A stretch of DNA of 64,000 nucleotides from an uncultured Gemmatimonadales bacterium (GCA_963771275.1 CAVYSW010000003.1:704001-768000), one strand, 5' to 3'. Shown: positions 31,416 to 42,734, counted from the first letter of the stretch. Made by a program: numbers and translations. Notes: generated by a model from the sequence alone, not told the origin.

Positions 31416-32618
31416 CTACTCCCCGCCGCCGTACCACACGCGGAAGATCTTCCCGCCTGCGTCGTCCGAGATCAGCAGGCTCCCGTCCGGCGCCACGACC
31501 GGATCCACCGGCCGTCCCCACCAGCTCCGCCCTACCTGCCACCCGCTGACGAAGTCGGTCCACGGCCCGGCGGGCTTGCCGTCCTTCACCGGTACCCGCA
31601 CGACCTTGTAGCCAACCGGAACGCTGCGGTCCCATGAGCCGTGCAACGCGACGAACAGGTCACCGCGGTACTCGGCGGGGAACTGCGTCCCCGTGTAGAA
31701 CGCGAGGCCCAGGGGCGCCGCGTGGGCCGGCAGCGTCACCGCCGGACCGATCGCGTTGGCGCACGTGGGCGCGCTGTCGGCGTACTCCGGGTTCGGCGTG
31801 TTCGGGAGATAGCAGTCGGGCCAGCCGTACCAGCCGCCCTGCCTGAGGATGTTCACGCGATCGGGCGGCGTGTCGTCGCCCAGGCGGTCGCGATCGTTGT
31901 TCGTGGCCCAGATCGCGCCGGTCGCCGGCTCGAGCGCGAGCCCGACCGAGTTCCTGAGGCCCGTCGCGAACGGCGTCTCACCGCTCCCGTCGAGGTCGTA
32001 CCGCACCACCGCGGCCCGGCGCGGGTCACTCTCCCGGCACAGGTTGCAGCTCGATCCGATCGATACGTACAGGTGGTCGTCGCGGAACAGGATCGTCCGG
32101 GTGAAGTGGTTGCCGCCCGTGGGGAGACCGTCGACCACGACCTCGACCCGCCGGCCGGGCGGCACGAGCCGGATCACCCGATGCTCCTCGGCGATATACA
32201 GCGTGTCGCCCCGGAACGCGAGCCCGTGCGGACCGCGCAGGCCCTCGATCACGACCGTCGGCGCCTCGGCCCGGCCGTCCCCGTCGGTGTCCGTCAGGCG
32301 CACCACCTTCCCCGGCCGCCGCAGCGACGCGTAGATCGCCCCGTCGGGACCCGCGGCCATGAACCGCACGTTGTCCAGATCCTCGGCGAACACCCCCACA
32401 CGGAAGCCGCGCGGCACCGTCAGCGCGTGGCCACCCACCTGCTGGGTGACAGACGCCGAATCCGGTGCAGCGCGCTGTTGGGACCTGGCGTCGCCGCCGG
32501 GACCACACGCGGGGAACGCCAAGAGCAGGAGCGGCAGGAGGGGGAGGGCAGAGAACACCGTCGGCCTCAATCCCTGCCCCTCTCCCCCTCTGCCCCCTCT
32601 CCCCCGGTCAGTCAGCAT
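31416..32618 (-). CDS. PQQ-dependent sugar/sorbosone dehydrogenase family lipoprotein
   Basis: SIGSSCN, GLRNSVG, YGWP, AHAAPLG, HGSW, GRPVD, DGSLLISDD. Confidence 0.9.
   Translation of the reverse strand: MLTDRGRGGRGGEGQGLRPTVFSALPLLPLLLLAFPACGPGGDARSQQRAAPDSASVTQQVGGHALTVPRGFRVGVFAEDLDNVRFMAAGPDGAIYASLRRPGKVVRLTDTDGDGRAEAPTVVIEGLRGPHGLAFRGDTLYIAEEHRVIRLVPPGRRVEVVVDGLPTGGNHFTRTILFRDDHLYVSIGSSCNLCRESDPRRAAVVRYDLDGSGETPFATGLRNSVGLALEPATGAIWATNNDRDRLGDDTPPDRVNILRQGGWYGWPDCYLPNTPNPEYADSAPTCANAIGPAVTLPAHAAPLGLAFYTGTQFPAEYRGDLFVALHGSWDRSVPVGYKVVRVPVKDGKPAGPWTDFVSGWQVGRSWWGRPVDPVVAPDGSLLISDDAGGKIFRVWYGGGE
32523..32605. repeat. Inverted nonamer element (GAGCGGCAG family) inside the 5' end of the dehydrogenase CDS
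   Basis: gagcag gagcggcag gagggggag ggcagag - spacer - ccctgcccc tctccccc tctgcccc; same layout as 49593-49687. Confidence 0.7.
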
Positions 32619-33696
32619 AGATCCCCTCCACCGCACTCTCCGGCGCGGGCATTCTCGTGCGGCGGCTCTCGAGCGCCTGCTCGACCGCGTGATCCACCTC
32701 CTCGCTCACCCGCCGCTCCACCTGCTCGATCCGTGTGGCGGCGATCCCCCGGCCCTTGAGCCACTCCTCGTACACGCCGATCGGGTCGCGCTTCCCCCAG
32801 TAAACGAACAGGTCGGGCGGCAGCACGACCCGCGCTTCCTGCTCGTCGTGCGTGGCGTGCCCGCCCATGCGGAACGTCTCCGCATCGAGCAGCACCGGTC
32901 CGTCTCCGGCCCGACAGCGCTCCGCGGCCATCCGGGTCGCGGCGTACGCATCCACCACGTTGTTGCCGTCGAACGACCACCCGGCGCAGCCGTACGCCGT
33001 GTGCAGCGCGCGGAAGGTCTCGGGCCGGTGATGGGCGGCCACCGGGGTGCCCAGCGCGACCTGGTTGTTCTGGATGATGAAGATCACCGGGAGCTGCTGC
33101 ACGGCGGCCAGGTTCACCGCCTCGTGGGTCGGCCCGGCGTTGACCGAGCCGTCGCCGATCCACGTCAGCACGACCCTGGCCTCGCGGCGGATCTTCGCGG
33201 CGAGGGCGATGCCGACCGCGACGGGTGGCATGTTGCCGATGTTGGAGATCGGCTGGAGCACGCGGTGCGCTAGGTCGCCGACGTGGCCGTCGCGGCCGCG
33301 CGAGGGCGTTTCCGCGGTGCCGAGGTAGCCGCACAGCATCGTGCTGACCGCCATGCCCATCTCGCAGCAGGCGCCGGCGTTGCGGATCATCGGCGCCACG
33401 ATGTCCAGCGCGCGGTCGAGCGCGTGCACCGGCCCGACGGTGGTCGCCTCCTCGCCGGTCCCCAGCCAAGCTTTGGAGATCACGCCCTGCCGCACCCAGC
33501 GCTTGAGCGCGATGTCGTGCAGCCGGGTCCGCACCATCCCCGCATAGAGGTCGAGCAGCTGCGGCTCGCCGAGCGCATCGACTACCGCGCGGCGCGCGGC
33601 ATCCGCCACCCAGGCGCGGCCGAACTGCTCGACCAGCACGGGGTCGGGAACCCAGTTCACGTATTCCGGGGGGTCGAACGCGGGGAAGCGTTGCAT
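32608..33696 (-). CDS. TPP-dependent 2-oxoacid dehydrogenase E1 alpha subunit
   Basis: GDGS...HEAVN...QNNQ TPP motif, RMGGHATHD. Confidence 0.9.
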   Translation of the reverse strand: MQRFPAFDPPEYVNWVPDPVLVEQFGRAWVADAARRAVVDALGEPQLLDLYAGMVRTRLHDIALKRWVRQGVISKAWLGTGEEATTVGPVHALDRALDIVAPMIRNAGACCEMGMAVSTMLCGYLGTAETPSRGRDGHVGDLAHRVLQPISNIGNMPPVAVGIALAAKIRREARVVLTWIGDGSVNAGPTHEAVNLAAVQQLPVIFIIQNNQVALGTPVAAHHRPETFRALHTAYGCAGWSFDGNNVVDAYAATRMAAERCRAGDGPVLLDAETFRMGGHATHDEQEARVVLPPDLFVYWGKRDPIGVYEEWLKGRGIAATRIEQVERRVSEEVDHAVEQALESRRTRMPAPESAVEGIYAD

Positions 33697-33775
33697 GGGA
33701 TGGGACAATATTCCCGACCGCAAGCCGGGCGGCAAGTGAAGGTCTGGCGTCAAGCCTTCTCACGTCCCAGTTTGA

Positions 33776-36160
33776 ATGGCAATGCCGCTGAGCGAGTCCG
33801 ACACCCGAGCCAAGCTCATCGACCCCGCGCTCCATGCACGAGGCTGGACGGAGGACCTCATCCGCCGTGAAGAGACGGCGGGCCCCGTAGAGATCGTGAG
33901 CGGGCTGCCGCGGCGCCGGTCCCGAGGCAGGGTGGACTACACACTGCGGATCCGAGTCGGCGCAGAAACGCAGCCGCTCGCGGTCGCCCTGATCGAAGCC
34001 AAGGCCGAGGACCTCCCAGCCAACCACGGGCTCGAGCAGGGGAAGTTGTACGCGTCGGCCCGCCGGCTCAACGTGCCGTTCGTGTTCGCGTCCAACGGGC
34101 ACCAGTTCGTCGAGTACGACCACTTCACGGGACTCACGACTGCGCCGCGCAGCATCGTCGAGTTCCCGACGCCGGCGGACCTGCGGGCACGGTACGAGGG
34201 GGGCATGGGCTTCAGCCTCGAGGCGCCCGTCGCGCGGCCCCTCTTGATGCGCTACCCGGGCGGCGAGGCGATGCGCCGGTACTATCAGGATGCGGCGATC
34301 CGTGCCACACTGGAAAAACTGGCTCGCGGCGAGAAGCGAATCCTGCTCTCGCTCGCCACCGGCTCGGGCAAGACGTTCATCGCCGTACATCTCCTGAAAC
34401 GGATCGCCGATGCGGGGCAGCTCCGGCGGGCGCTGTTCGTGTGCGACCGGGACGAGTTGCGCGGCCAGGGGCTTCAGGCGTTCCAGAACGTGTTCGGGGC
34501 GGATGCGGCCCCGGTGTCCGGTGACAACCCGCAGAAGAACGCCCGCATCCTCATCGCCACCTATCAGACGCTCGACGTGGACAGCGACGGCGCGGACGCG
34601 AGCTTCCTGGTATCTCACTACCCCGAGAACTACTTCAGCCACATCGTGATCGACGAGTGCCACCGCTCAGCGTGGGGCAAGTGGTCGCTCGTGCTCACCC
34701 GGAACCCGCAGGCCGTGCAGATCGGCCTCACGGCCACGCCACGAACGCTCGAGATCACGGAGTACTCGCGGGAGGCCGAGACCGATCGTCGCTTGACGGC
34801 CGACAACCTGCGCCACTTTGGTGATCCCACGTACGAATACGACATGGCGCAGGGGATCGAAGACGGGTACCTCGCCGCCTGCGAGATCGTGCGACGGGAC
34901 ATCTTCCTCGATCGGAAACCCATGTCGGAGCGGGAGAGCGGAGTCGAGAAAGCCGATCTGTCGGGCAAGACCGTGGCGGACGCGCTGACCGGTGAGGTGG
35001 TGCCGGCCAAGCAAATCAGAGACCGCTACGATGCGCCCAGCTTCGAGGACAAGCTGCTCCTACCCGAGCGGGTGGGCGCGATGTGCCGGGACTTGTTCGA
35101 CCAGCTCCTGGCGACCGGCGGTCCCGAGCAGAAGACCATCGTGTTCTGCGCGCGGGACCGGCACGCCGATGACGTGGCAGCGGCACTCAACAACCTGTAT
35201 GCCGCGTGGTGTGAGCGGGAGGGGCGGCCCCGGGTCGAGCCGTACGCGTTCAAGTGCACGGCGGCCTCCGGCGGGGGTGACTTCCTGCCGGACCTGCGCG
35301 GCGCCACGCGGCGCTACTTCGTGGCGACTACCGTGGAGCTGCTGACCACGGGCGTGGACGTCCCCGCGGTACGGAACATCGTGTTCTTCAAGTACGTGGC
35401 GTCGCCGATCGCGTTCTATCAGATGGTGGGGCGCGGGACCCGGCTCCACCCGCCCACCGGGAAGCTGATGTTCCGGGTGTACGACTATACAGACGCGACC
35501 CGGCTGTTCGGCGAGGAGTTCCGCACCCGGTGGTCCCCGCCCCGGCCCGGGCCGGAGCCCCCGCCCCCGCCGCCGCCTGAGCGGGCCATCGTGGTGGAGG
35601 GATTCGACGTCCGGGTGAGCGCAGCCGGTGTGTACCTCGTGACCAGCGTGGACGGCCGCGCGGTGCCAGTGACGCTGGAGGAGTACAAGGAGCGTCTTGC
35701 CGCGCGGCTGGTGGCCGAGGCGGCGACCCTCGAGGAGTTCCGCACGCGGTGGATTGCGCCCGCCGAGCGGCGTGACCTGCTAGGGCGGCTACCGGACGGC
35801 GGGCGCTCGGCCGAGCTGGTGCGTCAGGTGGAGGACATGGCGGATTACGATCTCTACGACGTGCTGGCCGAGCTGGGCTACGGGTTGAACGCGCTCACCC
35901 GGCCACGGCGGGTCGAGGCGTTCGGGTACAAGCACGCCGCGTGGCTGCGCTCTCTGCCCGGCCCTGCCGCGAAGACGCTGCGTGCCCTGGCGTCGCAGTT
36001 CGCCGGCGGAAGTAGCGATCCTCCGGTACGTGGCACAGACCTACCTGTCGCTCACGGCCAAGGACCTGTGCGACGACGTGGTGTATCAGACTCCTCCCAT
36101 GAAACGTGCCAAGGTCGGGGAACGACTGGACATGGACAAGATGAAGCCGCGCAAGCCTGA
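33776..36160 (+). CDS. hsdR: Type I restriction enzyme R subunit (EcoEI/EcoAI-like), natural C-terminus apparently lost near 36010
   Basis: SESDTRAKLIDP, VDY..IEAK nuclease motif, LATGSGKT, DECHRS, GLTATP, TTGVD, QMVGRGTR; non-protein-like tail after ASQFAGG. Confidence 0.9.
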   Translation: MAMPLSESDTRAKLIDPALHARGWTEDLIRREETAGPVEIVSGLPRRRSRGRVDYTLRIRVGAETQPLAVALIEAKAEDLPANHGLEQGKLYASARRLNVPFVFASNGHQFVEYDHFTGLTTAPRSIVEFPTPADLRARYEGGMGFSLEAPVARPLLMRYPGGEAMRRYYQDAAIRATLEKLARGEKRILLSLATGSGKTFIAVHLLKRIADAGQLRRALFVCDRDELRGQGLQAFQNVFGADAAPVSGDNPQKNARILIATYQTLDVDSDGADASFLVSHYPENYFSHIVIDECHRSAWGKWSLVLTRNPQAVQIGLTATPRTLEITEYSREAETDRRLTADNLRHFGDPTYEYDMAQGIEDGYLAACEIVRRDIFLDRKPMSERESGVEKADLSGKTVADALTGEVVPAKQIRDRYDAPSFEDKLLLPERVGAMCRDLFDQLLATGGPEQKTIVFCARDRHADDVAAALNNLYAAWCEREGRPRVEPYAFKCTAASGGGDFLPDLRGATRRYFVATTVELLTTGVDVPAVRNIVFFKYVASPIAFYQMVGRGTRLHPPTGKLMFRVYDYTDATRLFGEEFRTRWSPPRPGPEPPPPPPPERAIVVEGFDVRVSAAGVYLVTSVDGRAVPVTLEEYKERLAARLVAEAATLEEFRTRWIAPAERRDLLGRLPDGGRSAELVRQVEDMADYDLYDVLAELGYGLNALTRPRRVEAFGYKHAAWLRSLPGPAAKTLRALASQFAGGSSDPPVRGTDLPVAHGQGPVRRRGVSDSSHETCQGRGTTGHGQDEAAQA

Positions 36161-36275
36161 CCCCTTGGGGTTCAATCTCGAGCGCATGCTCGCCGGCGAG
36201 GCCTCCGCGGAGGCGGGCCGCTATCAGCCATTGCGCGAGGCAATGGATGAGCTACGAGCTCGCCTTAACGCCTGA
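36000..36275 (+). pseudogene. 5'-truncated antitoxin (DUF4065/Panacea-like C-terminal half plus short tail)
   Basis: EVAILRYVAQTYLSLTAKDLCDDVVYQTPPMKRAKVGERLDM...EASAEAGRY; no credible start; overlaps the toxin start. Confidence 0.5.
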
Positions 36276-36531
36276 GGCGCGCGAGGACATTCACCAGCTC
36301 GTATCCTCCCTGCCTCCGCGCGTCCGCGAGGACGCGTTGCATGCCATCGAAACCGAGCTCGAGAAGCTCGCCCTGAACCCGGGGCTCGCGGTCCGGTCCA
36401 CGCTCGGCCGCCCGACCTTGCGATTTCGCTTCATCGTGGGCGGCGCCACCTACCACTGGGCCGCCACATTCGGCTACTCCCAGGATGAGCGGACGATCGT
36501 GATCACCCATGTCTTCCGGACTGCGCTCTGA
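36247..36531 (+). CDS. RelE/ParE superfamily toxin-like protein
   Basis: 94 aa; MSYELALTPEAREDI...LEKLALNP...ERTIVITHVF fits the RelE/ParE pattern. Confidence 0.7.
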   Translation: MSYELALTPEAREDIHQLVSSLPPRVREDALHAIETELEKLALNPGLAVRSTLGRPTLRFRFIVGGATYHWAATFGYSQDERTIVITHVFRTAL

Positions 36532-36564
36532 ACATGAGCCAACCACCCGACGCCGAAGGCGACC

Positions 36565-38097
36565 ATGACGGGTAAGGGTCGGCGCAAGGCCGGGAACCGG
36601 AAGCTCGTCACCCCCCAGTCCGTCAACGCGACCGTCAAGACGATCTGCGATATCATGCGCCGCTCAAACTGCGCCGGCGCGCTCCAGTACGTCCCGGAGC
36701 TGACGTGGATCCTGTTCCTCCGCATCCTGGACGAGCGTGAGGCGGCAGAGGCCGATCAGGCGCGCGCCGTCCGTGCCGAATTCCGGCCGTCCCTCGAAGC
36801 ACCCTACCGCTGGCGCGACTGGGCGGCCCCGGACGGCGCCAAGCGCCGGCAGTTGGCCGAGGGGGCGCTCGGAGGGTTGTACCGGTTCGTGAACGAAGAC
36901 CTCCTGCCGCACCTTCGGGGCCTGCGCGACCGACCCGGTGCCGGCCCGCGCCAGAAGATCATCGGCGAGATGATGTCGGGCGTGGAGCGGACACGGGTGG
37001 ACACCGAGCGGAACTTCTTGGACATCCTCGACAAGGTGAACGAGATCAGCGCCGAGGACGTGGACCCGACCCACGTCTTCGCGCTGTCTCAGGTGTACGA
37101 GGGCCTGCTGCTCAAGATGGGAGAGAAGAACAACGACGGGGGTCAGTTCTTCACGCCGCGTGAAGTGATCCGGGCCATGGTGCGGGTCGTGGACCCGAAG
37201 ACCGGCGAGACCGTCTACGACCCCGGGTGCGGCACGGGCGGCTTCCTCGCCCAGGCGTTCGAGCACATGGCGGGGCCGGACGGCGCGCGCATCACGTCAC
37301 CCGACGATCTCGAGACGCTGAAGCACCACACCTTCTACGGCCGCGAAAAGGACAACGCCGTCTATCCCATCGCGCTCGCCAATCTCGTCCTGCACGGCAT
37401 TGACGAGCCGCACGTCTGGCATGGCAACACGCTCACCGGCCAGGAGACCTACGGCGGTCTGTTCGAGGGGGCGCCACCGCTCTACGACGTGGTACTCATG
37501 AACCCGCCGTTCGGCGGCAAGGAGGGGAAGGATGCGCAGACGCGGTTTGCGTACAAGACGGGCGCCACCCAGGTGCTCTTCCTCCAGCACGTGATGGACA
37601 GTCTCAAGCCGGGCGGCCGCTGCGGGATCGTGCTGGACGAGGGCGTGCTGTTTCGCACCAACGAGATCGCTTTCGTCCAGACCAAGCGCAAGCTGCTCGA
37701 CGAGTTCGACCTCTGGTGCCTCGTCAGTCTCCCGGCCGGCGCGTTCGTGAACGCCGGCGCGGGCGTGAAGACCAACCTGCTGTTCTTCACCAGGGGTGGC
37801 CCAACGGAGCGGATCTGGTACTACGACCTGTCGGGCGTGAAAGTGGGGAAGAAGTCCCCCCTCACGCTGGCGCACTTTGAGGAGTTCTTCCGGCTGCTGC
37901 CGGAGCGGGGAGCAAGCGAGCGCAGCTGGACCGTCTCGCGCACCGAGGTGGAGGCCCGCGGCTACGACATCAAGGCCGTGAACCCCAACGCCCGGCCTGA
38001 CGCGGACACACGGACTCCGGAGGAACTACTCCAGATCATCGAGGACAAGGGGCGCGAGATCCAGCAGGCGCTCGCGGACCTTAGGCGAACCTTGTAG
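36565..38097 (+). CDS. hsdM: Type I R-M N6-adenine methyltransferase M subunit
   Basis: LTWILFLRILD, GQFFTPR, YDPGCGTGGFL (motif I), NPPF (motif IV), GVKTNLLFF. Confidence 0.95.
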   Translation: MTGKGRRKAGNRKLVTPQSVNATVKTICDIMRRSNCAGALQYVPELTWILFLRILDEREAAEADQARAVRAEFRPSLEAPYRWRDWAAPDGAKRRQLAEGALGGLYRFVNEDLLPHLRGLRDRPGAGPRQKIIGEMMSGVERTRVDTERNFLDILDKVNEISAEDVDPTHVFALSQVYEGLLLKMGEKNNDGGQFFTPREVIRAMVRVVDPKTGETVYDPGCGTGGFLAQAFEHMAGPDGARITSPDDLETLKHHTFYGREKDNAVYPIALANLVLHGIDEPHVWHGNTLTGQETYGGLFEGAPPLYDVVLMNPPFGGKEGKDAQTRFAYKTGATQVLFLQHVMDSLKPGGRCGIVLDEGVLFRTNEIAFVQTKRKLLDEFDLWCLVSLPAGAFVNAGAGVKTNLLFFTRGGPTERIWYYDLSGVKVGKKSPLTLAHFEEFFRLLPERGASERSWTVSRTEVEARGYDIKAVNPNARPDADTRTPEELLQIIEDKGREIQQALADLRRTL

Positions 38098-38108
38098 CTG
38101 CCCTCCCC

Positions 38109-40166
38109 TCAGCCGACCGTCGGGAACTCGGCGATGCGGATCTTGGTGCAGCCGTAGGGCACCAGCGTGACGTCCTCGTCCGGCGCGCTGGACGACGCCG
38201 GGCTCCACGGCAGCGGACCGGTGGCCGGGCCGTACGGCTGCCACTCGGCGATGCGCCGCGCGCGGGCGCGCAGCACGACCGGAGCCGCGTCCGCCATCCA
38301 GGGCTGGTCGCCGACCGGCAGGCGCTCGAGCCCGAACGCGGTCTCGCCCGCCTCGAGGTCCTTTTCCAGCAGGCCGTAGTTCCACGGCTCGTCCGTCGTG
38401 ATCTCGTAGTCGGAGTACGGCGCTGTCCCGCCGACCGCCGTCCACCGCTCGCGCCGCCTGAGCGCGAACACCAGCGGGCCCCGCTCGATGCCGGCCGCCT
38501 GCTCGTGCCAGCGGGACACCCTGAGCGGCATCGGCAGGGTGAGCTCCACGCGGTCACCCGCGCGCCAGGCTCGCTCGAGGCGAAGCATGGTCCCGGGTGT
38601 CGGCGCCGCAAGCGGCTGGCCGTTCACGGCGACGGAGGCTCCAACGGCCCACGTGGGGACGCGCAGCTCGAGCGGGAAGGTCGTCTCGGCCGGACCGTCG
38701 TACACGAGCCGCACCGTCTCTTCGAACGGGTAGGTGGTCTCCTCGGTGAACCGCACCTCCACGCCGGGGCCCACGCGCGCCCGCACCGCGCACGGCCCGT
38801 AGACCAGCGCGGCGAGGCCGCCGTCGAGGGTCGCCATCCAGAGGTGCGCCACGAGCTTCGGCCAGCCCTGGTGGAGGTTGGCGGTGCAGCAGGGATACCC
38901 CGTGCGGAGCCCGACCATCGTGGCGTCGGCGTACGGGGTCGAGAAGCTGCGGTAGCCGCGGCTGCAGGCGATCTCGTTGGGCGACTGGTAGTAGTGCCGT
39001 CCCGCGAAGTGCGGGCTCAAGGCCGCCGGCAGGGCGTTGTACGCCACGCGCTCGATGCGATCGGCGTGGTCGACGCGCCCGGTGATGGGGAGCAACGTCT
39101 CCAGGCTGTGGAGGTACTCGACCACGGCGCAGGTCTCGATCCCGTGGGTCGGGTCGGTCCCATGGAGCATCTCGTCACCGGAGAACGTGCCCTGGACCTG
39201 CCCGTGGACGGTCATGAGGTGGCGGAGGCCGGCCTCGACCGCGTCGAGGTAGCGCGTCTCGCCCGACTGCGCGTACCACACGCCGGGCTGCTTCACCCCC
39301 ATGGCCGTGTTGACGCCGTGCCACGCGTCGTAGTTCCCCGTGAAGCGGCCGGTCCAGTCGACCGTCTGCCGGAACACCAGCTCGCCCAGGTCCAGCAGCC
39401 AGGCGTCACCGGTCCGGTTGTAGAGCCAGTGAATGGCGGCGAGGTTCTCGCCGCCCCGCTCGGCGCCCCAGAACGTGTAGTGGCCGAGCGGCTTCCCGGG
39501 CAGCTCGCGCAGCTGGAAGCGGAAGTAGTCGCGCAGCAGCTCGAGGACCCGGCTGTCACCGGTCACGTCGTGGTGCTGCGTGAGGACCTTGAGCATCACC
39601 ATACGGGGCCACCAGTCGGCGCCGGGCATCGGCCGCCGGCCGCCGCCCTGCGGCCGGTCCACGTCCGGCCCGAAGAACCCATCCGGCCGCCGACTGCCCA
39701 GCGCGGCCTCCGCCCAGCGGGTGCTCTTGGCCATCAGCTGCTCGTCCTCGACCAGCCAGGCAAGCGGCAGCAGCCCGTCCGCCCAGTACGGCCCGCGCTC
39801 CCACGCGTCGCCACCCCCACCGAGCCAACCATTTTCCGGGCCGACGTCGGCCCAGAGCGTGTCGAGCTGCCCGCTCATCCCGCGCGCCCAACCCTCGAGC
39901 TGTGCCCGCAGCCACCCGCCTGGCTTCACCGCACCCAGCGGCAGGGACGTGAAGCGCTGCGGCACGAGCGGACCGCGGTTGGTGACGTAGTGGCGAATGC
40001 GCGGCGGACCGGGTCGAGACGCCGGGGACGTCGACATGACGGAACGTGCCTCGCTGTTGGTTGGGAGTCCGGCGAGCGTGATCACGGCGCACGCCGTTCC
40101 TTCCACGAAGCGGCGGCGGGTAACGCGGGCCCGGGCGCGATCGGACCAGGCGGCTGGGGTGTCCAT
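38109..40166 (-). CDS. GH127/GH146-like glycoside hydrolase (beta-L-arabinofuranosidase family), Tat signal
   Basis: TRRRF Tat motif; WERGPYWADG, HGVN, ETCAVVE, YNALP, PCCTAN, LVPYGCT. Confidence 0.88.
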   Translation of the reverse strand: MDTPAAWSDRARARVTRRRFVEGTACAVITLAGLPTNSEARSVMSTSPASRPGPPRIRHYVTNRGPLVPQRFTSLPLGAVKPGGWLRAQLEGWARGMSGQLDTLWADVGPENGWLGGGGDAWERGPYWADGLLPLAWLVEDEQLMAKSTRWAEAALGSRRPDGFFGPDVDRPQGGGRRPMPGADWWPRMVMLKVLTQHHDVTGDSRVLELLRDYFRFQLRELPGKPLGHYTFWGAERGGENLAAIHWLYNRTGDAWLLDLGELVFRQTVDWTGRFTGNYDAWHGVNTAMGVKQPGVWYAQSGETRYLDAVEAGLRHLMTVHGQVQGTFSGDEMLHGTDPTHGIETCAVVEYLHSLETLLPITGRVDHADRIERVAYNALPAALSPHFAGRHYYQSPNEIACSRGYRSFSTPYADATMVGLRTGYPCCTANLHQGWPKLVAHLWMATLDGGLAALVYGPCAVRARVGPGVEVRFTEETTYPFEETVRLVYDGPAETTFPLELRVPTWAVGASVAVNGQPLAAPTPGTMLRLERAWRAGDRVELTLPMPLRVSRWHEQAAGIERGPLVFALRRRERWTAVGGTAPYSDYEITTDEPWNYGLLEKDLEAGETAFGLERLPVGDQPWMADAAPVVLRARARRIAEWQPYGPATGPLPWSPASSSAPDEDVTLVPYGCTKIRIAEFPTVG

Positions 40167-40212
40167 CGCGGCTCCTCTGAGGGGACGCCGGTCTCGTGCT
40201 GTGGCGCGGCGG

Positions 40213-41249
<1,037 letters not shown>

Positions 41250-41253
<4 letters not shown>

Positions 41254-42734
41254 GTTTCCACCTGGTTCCGTCCGCTGCCTTTCGCACGGTACATGGCCGC
41301 GTCCGCGCCCGCGATCAGCGCGTCCACGGTTTCGATGCCCGGGGCGGGCAGCGTCGCGACGCCGATCGACGCCGTAACGTACAGCGGCTCATCCGTTTGC
41401 GCGAAGTTGTGCTGCGCGATCCGCTGACGGATCCGGTCGGCGACGACGACCGCGCCGTCGGACGCCGTCTCGGGCAGCGCGAGCACGAACTCGTCGCCCC
41501 CGTAGCGGGCCACGACGTCCACCGACCGTGCCTCGCGGCGCAACAACTCCCCGATCTGGCGCAGCACCGCGTCCCCCGCGAGGTGGCCACACCGATCGTT
41601 CACCGTCTTGAACGCGTCGAGGTCGACCAGCAGCACCGCCAGCGTCTGCTGGTACCGCTTCACCCGCTCGACTTCCCGCTCCAGCCAGTCGAACAGCGCC
41701 CGACGATTGAAGCAGGCGGTGAGCGGGTCGGTCCGCGCCAGCTCCTGAAACCGCTCGCGATCGGAGATCGCCGACTCGAGGTCGTAGGCCCGGTCGATCG
41801 CGTTGACGGCGGCGCCGATCACCGTGCCGGCGAACGCGACATCCGCTTCCTGGAGCGGCTGGTCGTCCTGGCTCGTCCGCAGGAAAAAGACGCCGCGCTG
41901 CTCCCGGCGCAACGAGAACGGAATCGCGATGGCGGAGCGGGTGACGATCTCCACGCCCTCACGATCCCATTCCGGGCGCACCTCGTCGTACAGCGGGTCG
42001 GTGAGCACGTCCCGGACCAGCACCGGCTGACCCGTTTCCAGGGCGCGACGGACCTCCGGGTACCGGCGCAGCTCGATCCGGAGATTGCGCAGCATCGGGT
42101 TGTCGAAGGCCGCCACGACCAGCCCGTACAGGTCACCGGCGTGGGCGATGATCATCGAGCATTTCGACAGGCCGAGCACCTTGGCCACGCGCCGCGCCAG
42201 GATGTGGTAGATCTCGTCGGGCTTGAGCGAGTCGGTGATCTCGTGCAGGATGTCGAGCATCTCGGCGCGCACGCGCGCCTCGCTCGTGCGCATCTCGGCT
42301 TCCTGCGCGTTGCGCCGGGCGTCGGCCCGCGCCGCCCGCAGCGTCCGGCTCGCCCGCAGCCGGGCATCCACGCGGGCGAGCAGCTCCCGGACGCGGAACG
42401 GCTTGGCGACGAAATCGTCGGCGCCGAGCCCGAGGGAGCGCTGCGTCGCCTCCTCCGGAGGCATCGACGAGATCATCAGCACCGGCAGCCCTTCCCAGGC
42501 CGGATCCGACCGGATCCGCTCGAGCAGCTCCAGTCCGTCCACCTTGGGCATCATGATGTCGAGCATCAGCAGGTCGGGGTGCTCGGCTTCGAGCACCTCG
42601 AGCAGACGCTCGCCACCTTCAACGGGGATGACCTCGTGGCCCTGCGCTCGCAGGATGTAGACCAGCGTCTTGAGCAGGGTCTGGTCGTCGTCCGCGACGA
42701 CGATCCTGGCTCCTTCCGGCGCGGCCGCCGTCAC
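41250..42734 (-). CDS. Diguanylate cyclase (REC-GAF-GGDEF)
   Basis: VADDD, LDIMMP receiver; GAF-like middle; RSVD I-site and RYGGDEF. Confidence 0.93.

Noticed and set aside
35530..35580. C-rich tract in hsdR as a phase-variation site
   Set aside because: It encodes an in-frame proline-rich linker without a long homopolymer
33776..38097. Prophage or integrative element carrying the R-M locus
   Set aside because: No integrase, transposase, tRNA or flanking direct repeats recognised
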